From Botryllus schlosseri (taxonomy: Eukaryota), in NCBI GenBank assembly GCA_051294905.1, contig CM119377.1, positions 29,450,001 to 29,514,000 of the forward strand: 64,000 nt of DNA. Reading direction: 5' to 3'. A program made the translations under genes and the position numbers. Positions 1-13,184 of this stretch are shown here, in pieces. The notes beneath the pieces are model-generated. The model was not told where the DNA came from and did no database searches. It saw only the letters and a program-made list of their open reading frames with translations. Numbering within the stretch: the stretch's first letter is position 1; every line of letters starts with the position of its first letter.

Positions 1-409
1 CGTTAGCATGGGAATTTTTCATCCAGCTAGTTTTTTTTGTTTGTTTTGGGGTAATCATGGTGTTTGTCGACTACTATGGTCATTTACACCAGGCCGATAT
101 TCTTTTTGTATTTTCCGTAACTGCCGACTTATAGCACGGCCCACCTCTAGGCTTTTGTAAGACACCGCTGACGCGGATGAGGTGGCGAGGAGGAGCCTAG
201 GTAAACCTCCAACACTTAGGTATCGGTATTCTGAAGTCGACCTCGGTCGGACTCGAACCCGCACCCATTGGTGTTGCAGCCGCGGATTATACCACTGCGC
301 TATCCACTTTTTCCAGCTAGTTCATTACGACCATGCCCTGGATTGCGGCCGTGGTCAACATGAGTTGTCGAAATGCGGCCGTGAATGGTAAAAAGGTTGG
401 CCACCCCTG
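1..409. mobile_element. Right part of a hAT-type MITE cut by the window edge
   Basis: Ends AAAAGGTTGGCCACCCCTG, the same terminus type as 6174-6875. Its internal segment ~69-200 has an inverted, diverged copy at ~1020-1145. Confidence 0.6.
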
Positions 410-1689
410 TCCTGCATAGAATAAACTATCGAAAAAAGTTCCTAAAGAAAACGAAGACGGCAAGAATAAATTTGCAAACGCGTTTAACATGCTGAAGAGA
501 TCAATACAAAATACAATGGAAATATGAGGGACACAGTGACAGGCAGACGCGCCGGTGTTTCTCTCATTCTTTATGTAATCAAAATATGATATGCCCCGAT
601 TATTCGGAACTTCATGCCGATGACGTCATATTTTGTGATATTATTGTTGATACACAATGGTCTTTCCAATTCGCTATTATAGTTGCTGAGAATGACCCAT
701 GACCAGTGTCAACCGAAAATATTCGACTTCATTTCAACAAGAATATACTCTAAAAATAAAATCAATAAATCATACCAAACCAATGTGAGATCCGCAAAGC
801 CTAGAGAAATTCGGTTAGTCCGCATGAACTTGGATTGGCTGACTTGATGTTGATTCCAACTGCCAACTGTATTCGTATAGTATAATCCAGTGGTGTCAGA
901 ATACGGCCCTCGGGCTTTCTCGTGGCCCACCACACGATTTCGTCCGGCCATTGTGAGTGAATCGAGAAAAGCTTGCCCAATCCAGCACATTTACGAGAAA
1001 ATTTCACGTAAATAATCTACGCTCCTCCTCGCAATCTTGTCCGTGTAAGCGGTGTCTTAAAAAGCCTAGAAGTGGGCCGAGCTACAAGACGGCAACTACA
1101 ATAAAAAATGAAGAAAAGTGACCTGGTGTAAATGACCATCTTAGTCCACAGACATCATGAATACCACAAACAACAGCAACGTGAATAATCCATCGGAACA
1201 GGGAACGTCGAAGTGGTCTATGGGCCACATTATACCCACCCTGTTAGAGTGTTGCGTTTTCACTCTAGTCGCTATTAGGAGCAAATCAGTGACATTGACA
1301 TCTAATTCCTAGGAAGAAAACAGGGTAATTGTTTTCAGAAATATTGTACCGAAATGTAGGTACGCTTATTGGCAGAGGGGAAAACGCCACTCCGATACCA
1401 ATACATCCATGTTGCATGGGGAATATAATAGTTATATAAAGAATATAATCTGTGGTCGCACTTCTGTGTAACTTGTGACTCAAAAGGTCTCCGGTTTCCA
1501 GAGATATCCAAATTACGAATAAATATTATTGAACCAAATTGCCAGGTCCGCGTTTACAATTAAATCTCTCATATTCCTCACGACGTAATACCACGGCCAA
1601 CGCAGTATTGCGACTGAAATAAAGGGAGCTTAGAAATATACCAACTTATATATCGTCGGTAGAGCCACTGCTTTAGCGGTTTATAATGT

Positions 1690-2583
1690 TATGGAGGTGT
1701 GAACTCCCGAAAAGTTCAGGTTTGTGTGAACCTGAAACTTTTTGAAAGGGTTTGTATGAACGCGAACGTGAACCTATGACATCCGGTGACTTCATATCGC
1801 TATTTCGAACCCTACATTTCAGTGAAGCGATATATTGATGTACAGTTGTACACGCTAGCAATGAATCAGGCCACATTATGCGGCAATGTTGAACTACATG
1901 CTGACTTGCTTACGCTTTGACGGTCTAGGCCGGACCAGATAATTTATTCGGCGTCTGACTATTATTGCTACATAGATATTGAGCTGAGTGTAAAACGGGT
2001 TTTTATAGTTCCTATACGCCATTATTCCATTACCAAGTTATACAGTAATAGCTAACTCCCCAGTCACACAGATTTTTATGATACAATAAACATATCAAAT
2101 CAAGATGGATCCCGTACGCCTGCTAAATCTTTTACGTTGGACAACGCTGTATTCTTTACATCAATTTCATTGATTGGTTGAATAAATATCATTTACTGAC
2201 TGTACCTACATGCAGCGTATTTCGCTCATGATGTTGTGTGATTGCGGGTCAAGCTCACAGCAGAGAGTCGCTAAATATTCACAAACGTGAAGCTGGATAT
2301 TTCGAGCAAACTTTTGTAACAAAGCAAGTAACATGTTCGAGATTGGCAAGGTGCATACTCGATTAGAGTTGATGTTATTATGCTAACAGCGCCATGCACA
2401 GAGTGGTCCGAAGTTGAAACACAAAGAATTTCAACCAAAGATGTTATTATGACGTGCACTTGTAACGTATGAAAAAGGTTCATTGTGCAGGACCTACCAC
2501 GGTTCGTTTGTAAACGTGAACCTCTAAATTTCTGAGGTTCACACACAGAACACGAACGTGAACCTCAGGTTTACACCATCTCT
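1690..2583. mobile_element. Inverted, older copy of the AGGGATGGTGTGAAC MITE
   Basis: 2220-2480 is the reverse complement of 33360-33640 (shared GAATATTTAGCGACTCTCTGCTGTGAGC), with the same subterminal repeats. Confidence 0.8.
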
Positions 2584-2665
2584 AATAACTGTATTAAATT
2601 GGCCAGCAATCATCGTATTTTCACCAATTCCGGTGGTTGCGATAGCAGGTGTTGCTCGACTAGAG

Positions 2666-3792
2666 TAGGGTTGCCATACGTCCGGAATTTCCCGGACATG
2701 TCCGGAATTTCACCGAAAAATCTGCGTCCGGGAGGAATTTCTAAAATATGCCTAAATGTCCGGAATTTTGAAGGCTTGATGCAGGTTCAAAAGTTTTTCG
2801 TAAATCAACATGAACAATATTATTTTCAAGCAGATTAATGCTTTCAAAATTGTTATTCGCGCCGCGCGCGAGTTAATGCAACGTATAATGATATTAGTAT
2901 GGGCTCCAGGCACCACCCTCGCCAAAAATGCAATCAAAATAAATATAAATAACCATCATTTACTGAAATAAGTCTGATTGTAATCGCAATTATAAGCTAA
3001 CGGTATATTCCTAGAGTTGGTTAAGGCCGATTGGATGCTTCAATCACAGACACCGGTTCCAAATCCTGGGGCCATCCGCCTTTATCTGGAGATCGCGATG
3101 ATGTTGGACGTAATCAGCTTCCTAGGCCGTGAGTAAGTTTGGGCAAGCTGAACTTTTGTAGTAATCAGCTTATCAAGTTTTGAGCTTTGTCACGGAACAT
3201 TTTCAAGAAGGAAATGAGGTCACGAGCATAAAAGGCTGGAAATTACCGGATGTGCAACCTGCTGGTGCATTTTATAGTAGCCTAATATATCGAAGAATCA
3301 ATATTATTGACAGAATTCATACATTAAATTCAACAGCCAAGTGCATATAGTAAGTGCCCAACAAGTTACATCGACTAGCCTATGGTGGGCCCAAGATCAG
3401 TGCTTTTGAGGCGAAAGGAGGCGGAGAAAAAATGTTGTTTCGGACCTGATTAACACACATAAACAGATAGCCGCACCGACCTAACTGTATAGCAGGGATG
3501 TCAAACATAATCCTAACAGGCTAGACACGGCCCGCCAGATGATTTCATCCGGCCCGTGCAGGAATCTATTGCAAACCCTAGCAACTAGCAATCATCAGAG
3601 CTCACATTACAGATGGTCCAATTCATGACCTATGTTCCACTTTATGCCTGTATTGTGTATACAGTCGATGGGCAATTCTTTTCTAGTGTGACGTCATATT
3701 GACGGTCAATAATGTGGTACAACTCATTTTAAATCCGCTACTGGACGCTAAAGAGTGTCCGGAAATTGCTTCCTAAAAATATGGCAACCCTA
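2666..3792. mobile_element. hAT-type MITE, TIR TAGGGTTGCCATA (copy 1)
   Basis: TIRs TAGGGTTGCCATA / TATGGCAACCCTA with a perfect 8-bp TSD GACTAGAG (2658-2665, 3793-3800). Confidence 0.9.
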
Positions 3793-4244
3793 GACTAGAG
3801 TCTCTATGATCCCTGATATAAAGTAGCCTATATACTATTAGAGTTGATGATAATGCATGCTAATGAAAAAATATGGATTTGAAGGTTTTTGGAGTCATTT
3901 GAATGTGTGGCCCGCAAGCGATTAAAAGGTTTACATCGAGCACAGGATGATGAGTGTAGCACATTGGCTTAGTTATAGTTCAAACCATGACTGTTGCGAT
4001 TGTTGCATTACGAATTACACGGTGTGTGATTGTAACTGTGTTACTTTGTTACTAAACCGTCAACTTTTCATTACCTAAAACACATCCACTTAGCCGCATG
4101 TTTGAATGATGCCATTCACCGCTCTCAATTTAGAGCGAATATCAATACAACGGCGAATATAGCGTAAAATTGTGGCTCGGCCAGCCCCTCTATTTTCTTC
4201 TTCTCATTTCATCCCTTGGGAGAGAATTGTTCATCACTGCTTAA

Positions 4245-5009
4245 AGGGGCACTGCACTCAAAAAATGATGTGGTCTCAAATTGAAGAGCAGAACGAAAAA
4301 AATTTTTGGCCGCAGCCGTTTTCTTCAGAAGGCCACCGTAATGGAGCTGCAATTTATTGAAATTTCCAGAGTTGCAGCAGTCGCGGCTCCGGATAATCTC
4401 TTAACCAGTTACATGGCACGATGACTTCATCGTCGCACTTGCTCGACGCGATTACGCAGTCACGCAGAGGACGAGCTTCAGATAGTTGTCAGCCGATGTT
4501 CTGAAGCAAATATGTCTAACAAATATCATGTGTCTGTATCTTCCGCAAGACCACTACTCCAAAGGTTGTGCACTGTGCAGTCAATAATACATCTTGAAAA
4601 TGACAGCTGTATCTGCATCAATATACAACTGTAACGACATCTCAGTATCATTCAACTGGCAAATACTATAGAGTCGTGACAAGCTCCAGACACAAATCCT
4701 CCTGACCTAACACCGTACGTTGAGCGCCGCCTTGGTGTGCAAGACATGAGTCATTCATAACATCGACTGCTGACAACTATCTAAAGTTCGTCGTCTGCGT
4801 AATCGCGTCGAGCAAGTGCGACGAGGAAGTCATCGTGCCATGTAACGGGTTAAGAGATTATCCGGAGCCGCGACTGCTGCAACTCTGGAAATTTCAATAA
4901 ATTGCAGCTCCATTACGGTGGAGTTCTGAAGAAAACGGCTGCGGCCAAAATTTTTTTTCGTTCTGCTCTTCAATTTGAGACCACATCATTTTTTGAGTGC
5001 AGTGCCCCT
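4245..5009. mobile_element. Kolobok-like non-autonomous element with ~260-bp near-perfect TIRs
   Basis: TTAA|AGGGGCACTGCACTC...GAGTGCAGTGCCCCT|TTAA. A TTAA target with RR termini fits Kolobok better than piggyBac (CC termini). Confidence 0.8.
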
Positions 5010-5273
5010 TTAAGATATACGTCCTACACTGCACTCCCGGGATTTATTTGCACTGAATATTGATGTGAAGAATGCACAATGTACTGTACGGCAGCCAGCT
5101 CCCCCAGGAATGGCAATCTCCATCCGCGCTTTGGTATGGCCGGGAATGTATAAGTAGACATTAACGGAGCTATTTACGCCCCGAAAGTGTATTTGAGACG
5201 GCTGATTAACAAATTCAAGTTAATTATAATGTCGTGGAATGGATGATCTGCTGTGATATCAACTCAGTCAAAG

Positions 5274-5869
5274 CATAGTGTCCTATATGGTGTCGACACA
5301 GCCGAATCTCACGCCGCAGTGAAATTGTATCACGTCACAATTTCCATTTGGCTACAGGCAATTTTACGGTCATTTTTGATCGGCTTGCCGAGCATTAAAT
5401 TTGGTAAAACAGGTATCAATCGAAAGCTGACTCTGCACTGATTACGAAAATATAAATTTTATTCCGCTCGTGGCCCTGAAACTCCCACAATAAGCCTCGA
5501 ATTTTTCATTGTTATGGAGATTGGCATTGGGACGTAACAATGCTGTCTGGCGAAACGAGAGAATAGCTCAAGAGAAAAAGAGCTAGACAGCATTGTTCAG
5601 CATTGTTGCGTCACAGTGCCAATCTCCATAACAATGAAAAATTCGAGGCTGATTGTGGGAGTTCCAGGGCAACGAGCGAAATAAAATTTATATTTTCGTG
5701 ATCAGTGCAGAGTCAGCTTTCGATTGATACCTCTTTTACCAAATTTAATGCTCGGCAAGCCGATCAAAAATGACCGTAAAATTGCCTGTAGCCAAATGGA
5801 AATTGTGACGTGATACAATTTCACTGAGGCGTGAGATTTGCCTGTGTCGACACCATATAGGACACTATG
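5274..5869. mobile_element. Fold-back element (~275-bp arms, ~40-bp spacer) with a 7-bp TSD
   Basis: CATAGTGTCCTATATGGTG...CACCATATAGGACACTATG flanked by GTCAAAG at 5267-5273 and 5870-5876. Confidence 0.85.
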
Positions 5870-6173
5870 GTCAAAGCCTCAGGCCCAGCCTTAGGCAGAC
5901 CTGGACAACTAGATAATTCTAGTTATCGTAGACTCATTTTACAGCGAAATGCCTGTAATCTCATTCTAATATAATCTGGAAATGTTTATATGCTCTCATT
6001 TCAATTTACAAGCTAACATCTGGTCCTCAGGAAATACTACGGTAGAACTGTATAATAGTACGAAACGGGCCAAGCTGGGTGTACGCGTACATCGCCTTTT
6101 AAACGCGTATGAGAATAATCTCAGATTTAATATGAAGTGAGCCTGATTTTTGTGGTTTTATGTTGCTATAATA

Positions 6174-6875
6174 CAGGACCGGCCAACCCGTGGCCCGCGG
6201 GCCACATGTGGCCCGCGAGAAGGTTTTAAGTGGCCCGCGAGGTAATTTCCGAAATTTCTAATGTTATCAAAATGGATTGCACAGATTGTGAACTTGTGAG
6301 GCAAACCCAGAATTTGATTAGTCTGGCCGCAACACTTGAGATGTGGTGACTAAAAAATCAGTTCCGACGCATTGGCAGATCCATGAGCCAGTCACATATT
6401 GGTAGATATTCGTACACTACAATAAAGCAGAATAATTTGCGATAGATGTATCAAAAGTAAAAATTTTCTACACACTCGATTTCTTGCTTTTAATATTGTT
6501 GCCCCTTTGTGAAAATGAAAGAACGCCTAATGTATCAGATTGAATCTAACTATATTCGCGATTACGAGACATAGTTTCGTTCAACATATGCGACTTTGCG
6601 TTTGCACTCGCAGAAAGACCGTCGACTATGAAACCTAGGCACCAAATGATCGACGCATGTTGGTCGAAACTTTCGATATCGATATGTCCAGACGCCAATA
6701 GCCCAGTCCTTGCAAACTAAGCCCAGCGATATACAGCAGACCCGCAATATAGTCAGGTGACAATATTATTGACCTGTGAACTTCAAAAAAAATTCGCGCT
6801 TCGCGCGGCTAGTGGCCCGCGTAACAGTTCGTCAATCGAATGTGGCCCTTTGGCTGAAAAGGTTGGCCAGCCCTG
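6174..6875. mobile_element. hAT-type MITE, TIR CAGGRCYGGCCAACC
   Basis: TIRs with a perfect TSD CTATAATA (6166-6173, 6876-6883) and subterminal GGCCCGC repeats. Confidence 0.9.
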
Positions 6876-9800
6876 CTATAATACAAATGCTGATGTAATT
6901 TGGAAGAGCTGAAACTTTTGGATAGTTGTCCAACTGGTGCTGGATAGTTCTTATTTCTTTATTTAATAGAAGCTTTCCGTGCTCATCGTCATGCGCTCTT
7001 CGTTCGTATTTGACCTGGTCTTTCGCTGCCATTTTTGTACAGACGTCGTAAGAATACGACTGCTACTGACATGCGCATTCGACTTTGGTATAATGACTTA
7101 ACCTGATGCGATCCCGATGACAGAAAATATTCTTTACGTAAAGAAAGACTGAAGTAAACAGATACTGAAACACGAAATCAATGCAATTGTTATTTTTATT
7201 AGTATTGCAAAAGTTCAGAGTAAAAATCTTCTGTTACAAACACACCTTGGAACGTTAAGTGAATGTGCACATTGCGGATGATAAATAATGCGAATCTATG
7301 ACACGAGATCAGGGATTCGGTGACAGGGGTTGCCTGATAGCTTTGGCGAAACTAAGAGAGTATTCTTTGTGAATGAAACAGGGCGAATATGGCAGGATTA
7401 AAGGCGAAATAAATTAGAATTCATCCGTTCAATAGTTGGGGAATTGATCAAAAATATGCGGATTAGCGCAATGATGGCAGAGCCAAAGTATCTGAACAAC
7501 CAATTCTAGGAATATGAGCGCTTAGTCCAAGGCAGTGGTTCCTAAACTGGGGGCAAAGCAATGTCGAAATACACTGTCAAGAAGCTACGGCGCCAGATTG
7601 TCCTTTAGTAATGAGGCCGCGGAGGGGGCGTCATTCGGTGCATCTCTAAATGGAGATTGTTGGCGTAAATTTATCACATTTCTAGTCATTCGGCAGCTTT
7701 TCCCGCACCAAATATATATTGGGCTAAAGAGATGACCCTTTTGTACTGGCTTCCGAAATTTTTAGTGATGCACACAACCACCCAGAAAATCTATCGGGCT
7801 ATGCGATCAAAATCTTCAAGAAGCCCTGTCCTAAGGTGACTTGAGGCGGAAAAAAAGAATAATCTCATCGAATTGCCGATCTTAATGCATTGAGGGAAAT
7901 ATGGATAAAACGCATCCTTGAAAACGTTTATAGGTCGTCTTTTCCACTTCACTTGCGTAGGGCCTGCCAGAGAGTCCGTGAGTGCCGGCATACAGTGTTT
8001 TTGCATGCGATTGATACTTCCGATGTAGGAGGTTCGAGGCCGTTGCTTTTGCATTGTGGTCAGATATCTCATTGTGGTCAGCAATCTCATTACTGGAGAT
8101 GCCTTTCTGATTTGGTCGTAATCAGGAACCAGTGGAACGGAGGCAGAGAACCTTTTTCGTCACAGAGACATATTGGCCCGATATTTGCAATCGTAATTCC
8201 CAAAGACGCACACACGATCAACTTTAGGTAGCAATTGAAGACTGATGACGCCATGCTGGCACAAAAGCCTAGTCCACTATACATGGCTGTCGTAATTCGA
8301 TGTGATAACATCTTCAATATAAGCGAGCAGGTTTGCCGACACATGAACAGTGAACACATGCCACGCATAAAAAACATATTAGTAGCAGACACTTGAACTG
8401 AGCTGCAGGGGTCGGGAACCTTTTGCAAGCTACATATTTTAAATGTACTTATCTGCGAGCCATATGATATTTTTCGAAACTTTAGGAAATTAACAGGTAC
8501 ATAATATCGCTCAACCCCCAATTATAGTCAACAGTGAACGTGTGAATCTACAGTTTATTTTTCAGTATTATTCCTGGCTTATCAAGAATCCAAGCAACGT
8601 GGTCGAGGAAAGGTATGCTACAATTGTACCATGGTCTGGTCACGGTGATGTACGGTTCAATCAGTTCCGCCAAACCGGGTAATAACTTCAGCGCTAGAGA
8701 ATATTGTTAACTGACATAATTTCGTTTGGTCAATTTTACTGTGCTGAAGTCTCAAATCATGCGTCTGCTACATTACGTTTCGCTTTGAGCCAAAATTTTG
8801 TGGGTAGTGCCATCAAGCTATAACGTAACAATCGGGAATTTGGATGGATGTGATTGTAAGTGGGAATCGAGTCCCTAAAAGACCATGCATAACCGCTATA
8901 TTTATCCCTTATACATTAGCCTCCGATGCCACGATAAAAATAATTATGGCCGTTATGAAAATTTACGAACGAAATGTAACAATATTGATTAATAAGATGC
9001 GAAATCATTGTCAAATTGAACATTTATCAGAGCCATAGCATGTCATCAAAACATCGGCATGTTGCCGGCGAGCCATGGTTGCCGACCCCTGTAGTATACA
9101 ATCGACTAACATTATTATTCAACAGGGTAGGGATGTCAAATACGTATGAAGTCATGAGGAATGAGGATATGCTCAAGAAATAGTTTGCATTCCGGATTTC
9201 CTGAACACGATAATAAATGGTCGACAATCTGCACGGAATGCATACAGGACGATACGAGAAAGGACCCGTCTGGCAATGAATCCAATAAAAACAAACAGTA
9301 TAATCCGACTGCAAGGTTCTGACATCACATCAGTTGATTCCAATCTTTCACTGGAACAATTCCATAGCTCCGAAACAACTGTTTGCAAGACTTGTACAAA
9401 CTCACAATCTAGTTAGCCGGCGGTCAACTAACCACTGGTTTTTCGACTAGTTCTATTTCGGGTATTAGTTTAGTACTGCTGTAAAACGGCTAGAAAACAA
9501 GTGTCGCCGTTTTACAATAATAGTGATACCGATGTTCCGTTTTGTAATGTTCTTGCAGCGATTCCCAGCTGAGAGTGACCCAGCAGTAACGTAGTGACGT
9601 AGGTTTTGGAAGTCGAGAACCCTATCATTTCAAACTCGAAGCCCAATCTTTTTGAAAGAGAAATGTCATCTGCAATATTGCTGAGTTCATAACCAATTCA
9701 GAAATTCGTACGATCAGTTATTAGTGCCTTAGTTATTAGTTATCCGCTGCGGATTCATAAGGGCCGTTCGATGTAATTCTACTTCTAATTGCCAGTTTTA

Positions 9801-10091
9801 AAAAAGTGAGTGCTTCAAGTTCTAGCTGTAGTTGCACAATTTGTAAAAAATTTAGTACTCCTTACAAGTCTGAGTATAACCTGCATGTAAGTATGTAGAG
9901 TCGTATCAGATGGTTCCAATCATTCACGGTTGCAATTCCACAGTCATAGTGGTTATAGTCAATCTCATTGTGCGGAAACAACTCCTTCACCTTGTTCGGT
10001 ATTACGCGAAAGGTACTCCGCAGCTTAACTAAAACTGTTACGATTTTTTGCCGCTTCTTTCTTCACATCCTCTTATATCTGGACGGCGGGG

Positions 10092-13000
10092 TCAACGAGA
10101 GTCGTAAAAATGATCAGAGGGGCTTACTCCTGGATCTCTATCACCAGCACCGTGCTGGTGATAATCCTGTGACCAGTCGTAAATTGCATCGCTTTCACTC
10201 CCGCCGTCTCTTGTGGTAATATGGGTAGCTATGGATTGGTACTCGTGATTGTCCGCTCGGACAACAATCCTATCAGTTTCTTGTTGATATTCGTGGTTTG
10301 TTTTTGATGATACCTCTCGCTCCGAATGATCGTTCCATTTATTGATATGAAAATCGGTATTTAACGATTTGCGAAGCCCTGATAATGTCGGGTATGTTCG
10401 CGGACAATTTTCACGCTCATTACCAAATCTAGCAGTATCCATGTCTTCTCTATTCTTCGTGTTATCATTGAAATATGATTTATCCTCAGTTTCTTCCGAA
10501 AGTATCTCGTCTATTGTTAATTCGTCATCTTCGTACTGATCAATGGTTTTCATACTTTCACAGTCGCTATCCCGTCGCTCCTCATTTGCTACTGAATTTA
10601 CTACGATTCGTGTGGATGATTCAGCTTCACAGTCAGACACGACCCGGCTGATCGGATATGCAGGACCGTCTTTACCGGGAAAATCAGCTCGGCCATGTCT
10701 AGACTTTGAATCGTCGTCACTTGTGATGTTAGGTTTGTTATTCCCACTTTCAGAGTCGCTGTGATGATTGCTCCTGCTTCTTTGACGCTCAAATGACGAT
10801 CTTTCCCTATGTCTACGATATTGTCGCGATGATTTGTCATTATTATATCGCAAAGGTGCAGCCCGGGGATTAACTGGTCTATAAGGAGGTGACTGGGACC
10901 TCGGTCGTTTCGAAAGGGGTCGTGCCCGTGTAGGGCTGGATCTACCAACAGTGTATCGGTCCCGAGATTTGCGGCCTTGATTGTAAGTACGGCTATCCAA
11001 GACATCGCGTCGATATGACTCCGAATTGTGTCTGTGTTGAGAGTATTCATTGCTTCTATTCGGTCGTTTTGGATTTCCCTTCTCTTGAGGCCTGCTATAG
11101 TGCAATGAGCTAGGTGGGGCGCGTTCGTACGGTGTTAAGCCACATCCCCACAAGCGGTTGTTCGCGAATTCCGTCGCTATTTTGATCTGGAACTCCTCAA
11201 TAACGCGACGTCGATGGTCACTTTTCTTCAACAAGTCAGACGCCAGCTAGCGAGGAGGTACCGGGTTGGTATTGCGTGGCGTGTACATCGCAAAACACTC
11301 ACCTTTGACACCTCTTCGATGTACCGCATGATGAATTGATTCATTTCGCTGGCGTAGTAACGACTGATGATCCCAATTAAATTCTTTAGGAGACGTAAAC
11401 AATACATTAGTGCGGCTAGATATTTCGCTGACTCGACTTGAGTCAATTTGTATATTGACCAGATATGGTCAAAGTTGTCACCGTCGCTACTCAAGTAGAA
11501 GTACAACTTACGCCGTAAATTTCTATTCGAGTAGAAATAAAAGTAGCGATTTGCGAGTACAAAAGTAAGTATTCTAAGCTAAGTTTGCCTAAAATAGAAA
11601 AATGTCAAGTAGAAGTAGTCTAAAGTCATACCCACTTCAGGAGGTACTGCGAGAAAGCATAATCTACTTGAAAAACTTCGAAAAGTAGAAGTACTTCGTT
11701 ACTGACCACCACTGATATTGACTCCGCTTCTACTTGAGTCATTGCGCATGACCTGACTCGACCAGGTAATATGACTCAAGACTTGGACAACCAAGACAAG
11801 CATGCCATTATAACTTGAAATACGAATAGTAAAATTACCATATTATTGATATTTCGTCTATCTGTACTGATAACTAGGGCTGGGCAAATTCGAATACTTG
11901 AGTGATTCGATTCTGAATCACGTATTACGCTTCGAGTCGAGTATTCGAGTATCACTCTATATGACGTCACAGCAGAATATACTATGTCAAAGTTTAAATA
12001 TGCACCTTTTATGCCACCACAAAGTACATAATGGCAGTTTTCCGTCACATCAAAGATGCTTTGGTATTTTTTCGACCATACCGGTTTCATTGCACTTCTT
12101 CGCAATGTTATGGGATGATCATGACTTCACAAATGTCTCATTTCCAGTAACGTTTGTAGCTTTGTATTATGTCTCGTATGCTGCGACACGGCCAGTCAAG
12201 GTTTCCTCAGTGGAAAATAGTATCAAAACTATAATTATCGTTAGTAACTATCAGTCGCGAGGAGCGTGGAACTTCGATATTCGAAAAAAATCGTCTTTTA
12301 CTACTCGAATCGAATCATTCGAATTAATACTCGATTCAGATTCGAGTACTCGAATCATTGTGCCCAGCCCTACTGACAACTTGGGTCATTATCTGTTAAG
12401 AGCGAGGAAAACTAGTATTATGAATTGGAGGCAATCGATAACATCCAAGCAAGCAGCAAGTTGCAAAATAGTCAGTTGAACCTGACTTGAACTCGTAACT
12501 GAACACTGAACAGTGTGCACGATGACACGGACGGGACCCGGTGGTAAATTAAAATTGACTCGACTTGACTCGAGTCAAAACTAAAAAAGTAACATTGGCT
12601 TGTGAGTCGGAACCTTGTGACTTGTTTACAACGTCGACTCTTAGACATTTGAACGTTCTCGTGCAATAATATCAATAAAGGTTCTGTTGACAGGCAGGCA
12701 AACACGATATTCAACGTACCTTCAATTGATCCAAATGCTCATTCAAAACGGTCACTGCTTCCTTGTCACTCCTACTACTCTCATCGTCATCCACTCTTGG
12801 CTTCGCCGAGTCAGAACTGCTACTACTCGACAAAGCTCCATAAGGAACAACTGCAGCTGTGCGCTGTAATGGCAGCACAATCCCCGATGGTACCCGCGGA
12901 TGCTGCGAGGAGTTTGACAATACATTAGTCTGACTGGAACGGTTTTCCATACCGATCACTGGCGGTTCTGGTATCGGATCCGTTTGCTGTTCTTGTTCGT

Positions 13001-13184
13001 GGATATTTTCGTGATCTTTCAATTCCTGATAACTCATACTCGATGTTCCTGTAGTGATCATATCGGCCTGTCGAAACGCGGATACCGCGTCCAGGAAACG
13101 AGGAAACTTCATGCGGAGGATTCTGCCTTCTGGCTGGGGCTGAAGAGGCTCCAGCAAAATCGCAGTGTTTGCTAGGTAATCCAT
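10092..13184 (-). CDS. Uncharacterised spliced gene, ~583 aa, with a short helical core and long Ser/Arg-rich and acidic low-complexity regions
   Basis: Exon 13184-12720 has a strong ATG context (cacgaaATGg) and an AAG|GTACGT donor. Exon 11415-11303 has a GTGAGT donor, followed by a 56-nt intron and an in-frame 1155-nt terminal exon 11246-10092. A 19-nt exon at 12392-12374 is needed to reconcile phases and is inferred. No family recognised. Confidence 0.6.
11460..11714. mobile_element. hAT-type MITE of the GAAGTAGAAGTA-rich family, nested in a GACTCGACTCGAGTC-type repeat
   Basis: Ends CAGATATGGTCA.. / ..TGACCACCACTG with a perfect TSD ATATTGAC (11452-11459, 11715-11722). Related degenerate copies lie at ~36900-37250, 38640-38855, 41340-41490, 44780-44940, 45280-45780, 46030-46835, 51190-51685, 54745-55090, 56560-57110 and 60560-60680. 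Confidence 0.82.
11875..12372. mobile_element. hAT-type MITE, TIR TAGGGCTGGGCA (copy 1)
   Basis: TIRs, subterminal CGAATC/ACTCGA repeats, TSD CTGATAAC/CTGACAAC. Confidence 0.88.

Noticed and set aside
1157-1500. MNTTNNSNV.. followed by a hydrophobic stretch and a GNIIVI motif, like a GPCR N-terminus
   Set aside because: It stops after 51 codons, the motifs are in different frames, and no TM3-TM7 motifs follow.
11898-12479. 193-aa ORF on the + strand
   Set aside because: It lies almost entirely within the TAGGGCTGGGCA MITE and has no transposase motifs.
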